DNA of 64,000 bases, taken from positions 124,001-188,000 of the forward strand of contig QPMI01000150.1 of the NCBI GenBank assembly GCA_004431415.1. Direction: 5' to 3'. Positions 24,425 to 34,686 of this stretch are shown here, one piece after another. Made by a program: the position numbers and the translations under genes. The DNA is from Cyanophora paradoxa CCMP329 (lineage: Eukaryota; Plantae; Glaucophyta). The notes beneath the pieces are model-generated. The model did no database searches. It saw only the letters and a program-made list of their open reading frames with translations, and was not told where the DNA came from. How positions within the stretch are numbered: position 1 is the first letter of the stretch; every line of letters begins with the position of its first letter.

Positions 24425-25540
24425 GGGGCCGACGCGTGGCGGCGTGTCTCGGTGCTCGAGCAGGGCGCGACGGACGCGGGCGACGCCGGGGCGCTGCGGA
24501 CGACTGGGCGCAAGCCTGCGGCTTCGGGAGCGGCGGGGCGAGCCGCGGCGGGCGGCGGAGGCCAGGCCGACGCGCGGCGGCGGGTCTCGGTGCGCGAGCA
24601 GGGGCCGCGGGCGACGCCGGGGCGCAGCTGACGCCGGGGCACAGGCCTGCGGCTTCGGGGGCGGCGGGGCGGGCCACGGCGGGCGGCGTAGGCCAGGCCG
24701 ACGCGCGGCGGCGGGTCTCGGTGCGCGAGTAGGGGCCGCAGGCGACGCCGGGGGCTGCCGACGACGGGGCGCAGGCCTGCGGCTTCGGGAGCGGCGCCGG
24801 CGGTGCGAGCCGCGGCGGGCGGCGGAGGCCAGGCCGACGCGCGGCGGCGGGTCTCGGGGCGCGAGCAGGGGCCGCGGGCGGCGCCGGGGCGCTGCGGACG
24901 ACGGGGCACAGGCCTGCGGCTTCGGGAGCGGCGGGGCGGGCCACGGCGGGCGGCGGAGGCCAGGCCGACGCGCGGCGGCGGGTCTCGGTGCGCGAGCAGG
25001 GGCCGCGGGCGGCGCCGGGGGCTGCTGACGACGGGGCGCAGGCCTGCGGCTTCGGGAGCGGCGGGGCGGGCCCTGGCGGGCGGCAGAGGCCAGGCCGACG
25101 CGCGGCGGCGGGTCTCGGGGCGCGAGCAGGGGCCGCGGGCGGCGCCGGGCTGCTGCGGACGACGGGGCGCAGGCCTGCGGCCTCGGGAGCGGCGGGGCGG
25201 GCCCTGGCGGGCGGCAGAGGCCAGGCCGACGCGCGGCGGCGGGTCTCGGGCGCGAGCAGGGGCCGCGGGCGGCGCCGGGGGCTGCCGACGACGGGGCACA
25301 GGCCTGCGGCTTCGGGGCGGCGGGGCGGGCCCCGGCGGGCGGCGGAGGCCAGGCCGACGCGCGGCGGCGGGTCTCGGGGCGCGAGCAGGGCCGCGGGCGG
25401 CGCCGGGGCGCTGCGGACGACGGGGCGCAGGCCTGCGGCTTCGGGGCGGCGGGGCGAGCCGCGGCGGGCGGCGGAGGCCAGGCTGACGCGCGGCGGCGGG
25501 TCTCGGGGCGCGAGCAGGGGCCGCGGGCGGCGCCGGGGCG
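24425..25540. repeat. GC-rich tandem repeat, ~130-bp unit, ~8.5 copies, inside the transposon
   Basis: Anchor GGCCAGGCYGACGCGCGGCGGCGGGTCTCGG at 24560, 24691, 24827, 24958, 25088, 25219, 25347, 25476 (spacing 128-136), plus a degenerate copy near 24427. Confidence 0.95.
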
Positions 25541-26190
25541 CCTTCTTCTCAGGGCCTCTCCGTCCCGCCTGCTCTCTCTGTTCAGTGCTCCGACGGTAGA
25601 GCGCCAGTAGCTCGCCAGCGTTCTGAGATCTTGATAGTGAGTTCGTAATTCTCGAGAAACCCGCCGGCGCCCCGCCTGCGCCGTCTGGGCCGGCGAGCGC
25701 TTTTTTAAGCATGCATGAAGCTGTAAATGCATCTAGATGATGTATATCTCCGAGGCTCGCGTCCCAGGCGCTAGATGCGACCGGGCGGGCGAGAATCGTC
25801 CTGGGGCCAGGTGGGGCCGCAGATTGCAGCGGATCTTGAATGCCGGTCCAGGCTTTAATCGGCGGCCTTCGGTACCACCACCACCGTCTTCAGCACCCTC
25901 GAAAACCCCCGGGGGCGTGAAATCGCCGCTACTGAGTGAGTCGATGCTTCAATAAGGCATCATGAGCAGGTCGGGGAGGCATCTTGAAACTTGAAAACTG
26001 AAAAGTTCGAGAGGGTCCTACGCCGTGACGAGTAAAGTTCAAAACATCGGTCCGGCCCAAAAACACTTCGGATCACCCTGGATCTTGGTGTAGTGACATT
26101 TATACATGTACATGTGATAATGATTCTGGCTTGAAGAGCGGCCAGCTGAGGCCAGCCAGTCGCCCAGGAACTCACTAGCTCACTGACTGT

Positions 26191-26672
26191 GAGCAGGCGA
26201 TCTCCGCTGAGGATGCACCGACGGGGGCCGCGATGCATCAGCACACGCTCTATCAAGGCTCGCATCGATTTGCGTTAGCGGTGGCCAAGCGAACCCCCGC
26301 GGCCGGGAGCGAAATTAGATCGCAAAGGCCCCCCCCCCTCATGATCATGATCAAGCCTTCTGGAGGAGAAGGCGATTCCCGCTGCAGATGCACGCGCCGG
26401 AGCCGCGCTCCACCCGCACATGCTCTTTCAAGATGTGCATCGATCTGCGTTAACGGTGGTCCAGCGAACCCTCGCGGTCTAGAGCGAAATTAGATCGCGC
26501 AGGTGCCCCCACCCCAAGCCTTCTGAAGGAGCAGGCGATCTTCGCTGTGGATGCACCCCCGGGGGCCGCGCTTCAACTGCACATGCTCTTTTGAGGTGTG
26601 CATCGATCTGCGTTAGCGGCGGCCCGGCGGCCCTCGCAGTAAGCAGCGAAATCAAATCTCCCAGGTGCCACC
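26191..26672. repeat. Diverged tandem repeat, ~165-175-bp unit, 3 copies, inside the transposon
   Basis: GAGMAGGCGAT...GCTG..GATGCAC...GCATCGATYTGCGTTARCGG...AGCGAAAT begins at 26191, 26366 and 26529. Confidence 0.8.
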
Positions 26673-27797
26673 CGGCCCACCCACTGGAGCAGGTGCCTCT
26701 GGCCATGGCGGCGGGGGTGCGTGCCGCCGCCCGTACGCGAGCTCTGCGCGTGCTCTAGATGTGCCTCATGGCCCTAGACGTCTCAACCCGCATCGCCCCG
26801 CCGTTGCAGCCATGCCATCTGGAACCGCGGCCGCATGCATATATATGACATGCTTAAGCTTGATTGCACACGAGCGCGCGTCTGCCTGGGCGCGGTGGGA
26901 CACGAAGCGGGTCTGAGCGAAAGAAGCATGCCTCCGCGGCGTGCGTCCCGGTGCCTGCGGCAGGCGCCGGCGGATCCGATCAGGCCCATAGCTAGGGCGC
27001 GCGCGCCGGCGCCGGCGCGGAGTGTGCGAACGCGGAGCTCGCGGGCGCGGCAGCGTGGCGCTTCGCCACGCACCTATTCGTGATGTATAGCTTGGCGCCA
27101 TCCTGCGCCATCTTGGCGAACCGGCTCTCGTCGGGCCGCGGGCTGCGGCTGTAGTCAGCGCGCGCGGGTCGGGGGCGAGCCCAGATGCGAGAAAGATCAC
27201 ACCTGGCGCACTGTAAGCTTGCTCTGAGACGAACTGGAGCTACTGGAGGTCGCCCGCGCTCGAGCCCGGAACCTTCTCAGATGGGGGGCCCTGCACAAAC
27301 GCGACGGCCATTTCGCGCAGCTGACGGAGCGAGGGCTGCCATCAAACACAGAGCTAGAGTGCTTGACTATCTAAACTTTGTCGGAAGCACTTTGAAAATC
27401 GTCGGGCTAGTTTTCGCGCACGCTTTCCTTGAAGGCGATCGAGTTTGACCAGACTCTTGGTTTTCGTCGCGGCGGTGCCCGAAGGCGGCCGTTCCTGCTC
27501 CATATGCGACCTGGAGGCTAGCTGTGACGCTCTCTGCTGCGTGCGGAAGCTGCGGTGCGTGCTGGTCGCGCGCTTCGCCGAGTCGCGTACGTCTACCCCG
27601 GGTGTTTTAACTTTTGTAGGGGAGAATTATTCGAGTCCCAAGTCGAGTCCCAGCCAAGTCGAATTGCGGGGACCGACTTTTTTTCGCGAGCTGTGGCAGC
27701 TGCGATGTTTCGCCATCTCTATCCCGTACCCCAAATTCCGCAACCCAGTCGACAGGCTCGCGACGTACTTTGAACGTCATCGCGCGTGTGGCCGGTC

Positions 27798-30700
27798 ATG
27801 GCCGGCGTCGGCCGCCAGATCTCACCTCTGTCACCAGATTTAAGCAGCAGCAGCATCCAGCACTTGCACAACCACGCAGCCGACATGGGAAGCGGGCCGC
27901 CAGCACTCGCTCCCGCCGCCGCAGCGCCCGTCCTCATGGTGCAGCAGGTGATCATGCGCGCGGAAGCTTCAGCTGCTTTTTAGTAGCTTATGCACGCGCG
28001 CGCGCGCGCGCGCGGGGCCGTGCCTGACCTGTGCTCGCATGCGCAGAACATACCCCGCAGCAGCTCCACGCCCTACTGCGTCGAGCAGGCGCTCGATCAG
28101 CCGCCCTCTAAGCTCGCGGATGTTGATCTCAAGGCATTCGCCGGCGCGGGCCACGCCGGCGAGCACATGCACTCACGCGTGGCCCCGCGGCGCTCCCTGG
28201 CCGTCGCGAGCCCCATCCAGGCGAGCGCGCCCGGGCCGCGCGCCTCGCACGCGGCCGGCTGACTGCGCACAGGTGGTCTTCAAAGACGTGCGCTACTCGG
28301 TGAAGGTGGCGCAGCGGGGCGTGAAGGGCCGGGTGGAGAAGCAGATCCTTCGCGGCTGCACGGGCGTCCTCCAGCCCGGCCGCCTCTGCGGCATCCTCGG
28401 CAGCAGCGGCGCCGGAAAGACCACGTGCGCTGCCCGCTGCCCGCCCGCGCCCCGCCCCGCCCCTCCCCTCTGACCGCTGGCCCGCCCCGTGCAGACTCCT
28501 CAAGTGCGCCGCCGCCGCCGCCCTTGCGTCGCGCGCGCGGGGGCGGGGCCGGGGCTGACGTGAGGCGGGCAGCCTGCTTGCGGGGCAGGTGGACTTCGCG
28601 GCGGGGAGCGTGCTCCTCAACGGGGAGCCCGTGACGCCCTCCTTCATGCGCCGCGTCTCCGGCTTCGTCTTCCAGGGCGCGCCCCGCCCGCCGGCCCCGC
28701 CCCGGCCCGCCAAGCCGCTGAGAGGCGTTGCAGACGACGTGATCCTGGAGACGATGACGGTGCGCGAGGCGCTGGCGATGAGCGCCCAGCTCCGCCTCCC
28801 GCCCGAGATGTCCCCCGCCGGCAGGCGGTGCGGCCCCGCCCCGCCGCCCCTCTCCTCCCGCCCCGGGTCGCTGAGCCGCCCCGCCGCAGGGCGCGCGTCG
28901 ACGAGATCCTCTCCGTCCTCCACCTCGAGCACGTGCGCTCGAACCCCGCTGGGACCCTTTCCGTCCGGGGCCGACGGCCCGGGCCCGCAGGCCGCCGACA
29001 CGATCGTGGGCTCGAGCACGAACAAGGGCATTTCGGGGGGCGAGCGCAAGCGCGCCGCGTGCGGCATGGAGGCGCGAACCCCCCAGCTGCCCCGCCCCCC
29101 CCCCCTCCCCCCACGGGGCTCACGTACCCCCCAGATGATCGTGAACCCCGGCATCCTCTTCCTCGACGAGCCAACGAGCGGGCTCGGTGCGGCCGCGCAC
29201 GCGGCGACCCGCCCCCCTCTCGGGCGCCGCCTCACTAGCGGGCGGGCGGCAGACACCTTCACGGCGACGTCGATCATGGAGACGCTCAAGGGCCTCGCCG
29301 CCTCGGGCCGCACCATCGCGGCCACGCTGCACCAGCCCTCCTCCGAGATCTTCCACATGTCCGCCCGCCCCCACCGGGCTCGGTCGCACCCCCCTTGACC
29401 TTCTGCCCCCCCTTTGATGAACCAGGTTCGACGACCTGATGATCATGGCGCACGGGCGGATCCTCTACTTCGGCCCCGCGGCCGAGTCAGTCCCGCACTT
29501 CGCGGCGCTGGGGTACCCCTGCCCCACGTACACGAACCCCGCCGACCACTTCTTCATGCGCCTCCTCAACGCCCGCCCCGCCCTGCCGCCCGCCCCGGGC
29601 GCGGACGTCGACTTGGAGGCCGGGGAGGGCGCCCCGCGGCCCCCGGCGACGCCCGCGCCCCCCGGTGACACCGCCCGCGTCGAGGCCCTCCTCGACGGGT
29701 GCGGTACCCCCCTCCGCCCCGCCGCCGTCCGCGCACCCCCCTCAAAGCGGCGCAGGTGGCCGCAGACGGCGCTCGGGGCGGCGATGACGAAGGCGGCGGA
29801 GACGCCGGCGGCCGGGGGCGTGCGGGCCGGGCAGGTGCAGCAGCACGCGCGCCTCGCCACGCAGTTCGAGGTCCTCACCAAGCGCGGTGCGCGACCCGGC
29901 CCGTCCAGCCCCGCCCGGAGCCGAGAAGCGACCTGGTGCTTACCGCTCCGCGCGGCGCGCAGCCCTGCGCAACGTTCTGCGGAACAAGCTCATCCTGCGC
30001 GCCAAGCTCGCCCAGACGGTGCGGGAACGTTATCCTCCTCCTCACCGCCCCCGCCTGAACTCCCCCCCTCCCCGCAGCTGTTCATGGCGCTGCTGTGCGG
30101 GCTGATCTACCTGCGGGTGGGGACGGACCAGTACTCCATACAGAACCGCAACGGGGCCCTCTTCTTCATGTGCGCCGCCGCCGCCGCCCCGCCCCGCCCC
30201 GCCCCGCCCTGCCCCCCTCACGCCCGACGCAGCACGACGAGCTCGGTGATGAGCGCGATCATGGGCATCCTCTCCGTCTTCGACGCCGAGAAGGCCGTCT
30301 TCAGGCCCGCCCGCCCGCCCCTCCCCGCCCCCCCCTCTCCGGGGCTGAGGTCCGCGGTGCGGCAGGCGGGAGCACGCGCAGGGGATGTACGGGGCGGGCT
30401 CCTTCTTCCTCTCCCGCGTCGCCGTGGACCTCCCCTTCCAGATCGCCCTCCCCTGGCTCTTCGCCACCGTCACATGTACGCGCCCCCGCGCCCCGCCCCG
30501 CCCCGCCGCCCCGCCCCGTGTCTCTGACGCCGCCGAGCAGACTGGATGATCGGGCTGCAGGCGAGCACGGAGCGCTACTTCGTCTACTCCTGCGTCGTCG
30601 TCCTCATGACCCTCTCGTCCGTTCTGCTGCCCCCTGCACCCCCCGCCCCTTCTGACGGGCCGGGCAGGGGCCAGGCGCTGGGCATCTTCATCGCGGCGGT

Positions 30701-31334
30701 CTCGCCCCAGCTCGAGCTCGGCCTCATGGCCGCCCCCATGCTCATCATGCCCCTCATGATCTTTTCCGGCTTCATGGTCGTGCGTGTACCCCCCCTCCGC
30801 TGACGCGGCCATCGTACCCCGGCCGACGGGGTGCGCGTGGCGCAGAGCAACGCGGGCATCCCCGTCTACTTCGACTGGATCAAGTACATCAGCCCCATGA
30901 AGGTGCGGTACCCCCCTTCATCTCTCCCCCCCGCGAACTGAATCTCCCCCCCCCCCAGTACGGGTACGAGGCGCTGCTGAAGAACGAGTACACGGGCCTG
31001 ACGGGCCTCACGTGCGAGCCGGGCAAGGCGCGTCGTCTCTCTCCTCCGGCCCCGCCGAGTCTCCGGGCCGCTGACTCGGCTGGAACCGCAGGGGGCGTGC
31101 ATGGCGCGCTCGGGGCGCGGGGAGGAGATCATCACGGCGCTCGGCATGGACGACGTGCGCCGCGCTCGCAGCCCTCCGCCGTTTGCGCAGCCTCGGAGGG
31201 ACCTGACCGAGGGGGGGCGGGGGCAGGGGATCGTGCTGGGGTACTGCATCCTGGCGCTGCTGGGGATGACGGCCCTCTTCCTGGGCCTCGCCTACGCCGC
31301 CCTCCTCCGCGTCGTCCGCAAGCCCCGCGCCTAG
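27798..31334 (+). CDS. ABCG (White-like) half-size ABC transporter, 22 exons / 21 introns
   Basis: Fully spliced by hand: Walker A GSSGAGKTTLLNLLAG, FVFQDD, signature ISGGERKR, Walker B ILFLDEPTSGLD, H-loop TLHQPS, NPADHF, six-TM C-terminal domain (FRREHAQGMY, IPVYFDWIKYISPMKYGYEALLKNEY). Confidence 0.95.
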
Positions 31335-31699
31335 CCGCCCGGGGCCCCCGGCCCGCCGCGGCCGCTGCTAGATCCCGCTTCTTAACTTATTCAGGGCCGC
31401 GTTATTGTAGGTCTAGCTATAGCTTAGTTTACGTAGCTATAGATTCGATTAGATTCAATTATATATGAGCGCTAGTATCGCAGGTACATGTACAGTACTA
31501 TAGCTAGCGTAAAGGTAGAGCTTATATTATGATCTGGAGCTCGCGATCGATCATTATCAAGAGTGCCAGAGTGCTTATTGACTTTTCTATGAATTGCATT
31601 TACATGAATTAAGATTTGAATGCGAACCGGTCCAGAGAATTCAAATCGAATGTGCGACCATCAGAGCTTTGGAGAATGCTAATCACGATGTCGGGCGCG

Positions 31700-34252
31700 C
31701 TACGGGCTCCAGAGGCCGAGCCCCAGGCCCGGCGTCGGCGCCGCGCCCTCCAGATCGAGGCCCCCGGGCTCCGGGTCCGGCGGCGCGCCGGCCCCTTGCG
31801 GGGGCCCGAGGGCGGGGTCGAGGGGGAGGAGCTCGGGCAGGCCCAGCCCGAAGAGGGAGAAGGGCGGCGAGAGGAGCTCGCCCGGCAGCGCTAGCGGCGG
31901 CACCGCCCCGTCCGCTTCGGAGCGGGCCCCGGCAGACGGCGCCGGGGCGAAGAACTCGAAGGTGGGCGCGTGGAGGCCCCCGAAGTCCAGGGGCGGCGCG
32001 GCGTCCGGGTCCGGGTCCGGAGGCGTCGCCACCGGCGCCGGCGACGGCGCCTGCGAGAGCGCCGGCGGCGTCCGCTGCTCCTGCAGGAAGTGCGCCAGCT
32101 GCGGGGGGTACAGTGAGCGGCGCCGGGGCAGCGAGGGTGGGGGGTACGCGCCTCCCTCGCGACGGCCTGGCGGATGAGGTCCCGTAGCAGATCGGGGGGT
32201 ACCCCCGCCCCCGCCGGCGCGGGGGCGGAGGCCGCAGCAGGCGCGCCCGACGGCGGCGCGTGCGGCGCCCGATCGGGCTCCGAGTCCGCGGCGCGCTTCC
32301 GTTGTGCTGGCCCCGGCGCCTGCACCGGTGTTCCGGAGCGAAGGACGGGAGGAGAGGGCAAGGGCGAGGCGGCGGCGGGTGCGGGAACGGGGGTACGGAG
32401 GGCAGGGGACGGGCCGCCCGGGGTAGAGGGCACGGGGGCGAAAGGGTTACGGGCGGGTGCCGCGGGCGGCGGCGGGGGCGGGGTCGGCCGGGCAGCGTAG
32501 GCGCTCTCCTTCTTGAGGCCCGCGGGAGGCACCGGCGCCGGCGCCGGAGCGGCTGGCGCGGAGAGGTCGAGCCTGTAGCCGATGAAGCGGTCCTGCAGCA
32601 TCGGCAGGTGCCTGCCGCCACCGCCGCGCGCGCGCACGGGCGGTAGTCAGCAGGCCGGCCGGACAGGCAGAAGGGCGCGAGAAAGGGAATGAAACAAGGA
32701 GCGCACGCATCGTTCCAGGCCACGCGTCCGGCCATCTGCGCGGGGCGGGGCGGGACGGTCAGAGGCGGAGGGGGCGCGGGACCCGCCCCGGCCCCGGCAT
32801 GCGGGCGGGCCTGCTCGGGGCGGAAGATGCCGAGGGCGAGGGGGTTGCAGGCGTAGTGGAACCACGCGTCGTCCACCTCGACCTCCCCACCCAGCGCCTG
32901 CCGGGGGCGAGGGGCGTGAGACGGGGCGTGCAGCAGCAGCAGGGGCAGGGGAAGGCAGGGCGCCGCACGATTGCCTGCTCGATGAGGACTGCGCGCGGGG
33001 GGCGCCGCAGCGCCGCGGGGCGCGCCGGCGTCAGTCTTTGGGGAAGGAGAGGAGGGGGGGGGGGGGGGGGGGGGGGGAATGGGCGCGCACGCCGGAGGCG
33101 CCGGCGTCTGTCGAGGACCTGGGCGCAGCGCTCGCGTGAGCCCGGCGGGCACAGGGGAGCGGGGGGGGGGAAGCGCTGCGCCTTCTCGAAGCGGTCGGCG
33201 TTGGCGGAGAGGAAGCGGCGGAACTCCTGCGGGCGGCGCTGGGCCCGGGGGCGGCGCGGGCGGGAGGGCCGGGCCCCGCGCACCTTGCGGTCCTCCGGCA
33301 AGACGTGGCCCGGCGCCCCCGCCGGCGGCTGCAGCCGGAGGCTCTGAGAGGCGCGCCCCCGGGGGCGGGGGGGGGGGCAATGAGTGGGGGTACCGTCTCG
33401 AACATGTGGTAGATCTCCCGTTCGACCGGATCTTCGGGCTCGGCTGCCGGTGGCGCCCTTCGATCTCGAGGCGGGCGCGGAGGGGGCGTGCGCACGCTTG
33501 CCCGCCTCGCTCACGCGCAGCCAGGTCAGCAACACAGACCTGGCGAGGGCGTCAGCGCGGGGGACAGGACCTGCGAAAAGCCAAGGGACTGGGGCGCGCA
33601 ATAAGATCTCCTGCGCGCCGGGCACGCGTGAGCGCGGCGCCGCGCGCCGGTCGGGCGGGCGCGGGCGGGGGGCGGGGCGGCGCGCCGAGTGCGCGATGGG
33701 GGGTATGATGTGCTTGAGCTCCCTTATGAGGTGCGTGGCCGTCGCCGTCGCGCTGCGGCGCGCTGCACCGCTGTTCAGAGCCGCGGGGCGGGGGCGCGGG
33801 GGAGGAGGGGCAGGCGCGCGCGCCTTCCAGAACCCGCTGGATGCTTGGCAGGAGGGCGTTCGGGAGGCTCTTGTTCAGGTGATCGATGGCCGTCCGCTGC
33901 GCACGCGCGGCGCCGACGAGCTCAGCCGGAGCCGCGACGGGCGGGGCGGGGCGGGGCGCTCGCCATGCTCGCGCGGAAGTCGTCCATTGCGTGGTTCACG
34001 TTCAAGTGGGTCCCCGCCAGCTTCTGCCGCATCTGCTCCAGCTCCTGCAGGAACCACCCGCCGTCAAAGGCTCCGCGGCCGGCTGCGAGTTGGGCGCCGG
34101 CGCCGGCGCACCTCTTTCAGCTGCGCATTCTCCACCGCCAGCGCGCGCTCGTTCGCCTTCTTTCGCTCTCTGAAGCGCCTGCTCGCCTCCTTGCTCTTCT
34201 CTTTCTTGCCGTCCACGTTCACGCGCCCGGGCGTGTCGTCGCCGCTGGTCAT
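31700..34252 (-). CDS. bZIP-like transcription factor with Pro/acidic C-terminus (multi-exon)
   Basis: MTSGDD...KKEKSKEASRRFRERKKANERALAVENAQLKE|FLQELEQMRQKL gives a basic region plus heptad zipper. Last exon is Pro/Asp/Leu-rich (activation-domain-like). Confidence 0.65.
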
Positions 34253-34686
34253 GGCGGCGGGCGTGGGCGAGCGAGCTGTGTGCGCCTGCATCGCCGCCGA
34301 GGCTCGATGAGGTGTAGATGCCGTTTGCACAGGGCTGCTGAACTCCCCTCTCGTCGGTGCGATCGCCTGCCGCTGCGCATGCCGTACGTCATGGTGCGTC
34401 AGAGCCGCCGAGCGACGGGCCGCAGCCAGTGCTAGCTAGCGATCGATCGAGCAGGCTCACCACCACACACGGCGGCTGCGGTACCGTGCCGATCCCGCGG
34501 CTACTCCGGCCTGTCCGACGCGCTCGGCCGCATCGCTCCGGCGAGTTGGCGCTCGATTCGCTCGTTGGCGCGAAGCCGGTGCTGCCTGCCGATGCTCCTG
34601 GCGCTGTCAAGGGCCACGCTGCTCGAAACTCCCCCGTCGGGTGCCGAACCAGCGTCCCGCGAAGACCCGGTTCGACGTCGACGAAA

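Larger units (their letters stand above)
23843..27695. mobile_element. Non-autonomous CACTA/EnSpm (CMC)-like DNA transposon, 3853 bp
   Basis: Perfect 28-bp TIR CACAGCTCGCGAAAAAAAGTCGGTCCCC (23843-23870; reverse complement at 27668-27695), extending imperfectly inward. 3-bp TSD GCA (23840-23842 and 27696-27698). Subterminal CCAAGTCGA motifs. No transposase recognised. Confidence 0.85.

Noticed and set aside
24425-25540. CRISPR array
   Set aside because: Whole units are repeated with no unique spacers, there are no cas genes, and the context is eukaryotic.
24229-25732. 350-500 aa repetitive ORFs across the 130-bp array
   Set aside because: Unit lengths are often not multiples of 3, and several frames on both strands are open simply because the repeat is nearly free of stop codons.
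23843-27695. Autonomous transposase gene inside the element
   Set aside because: No DDE/Transposase_21-like motif recognised in any frame; only short broken ORFs.
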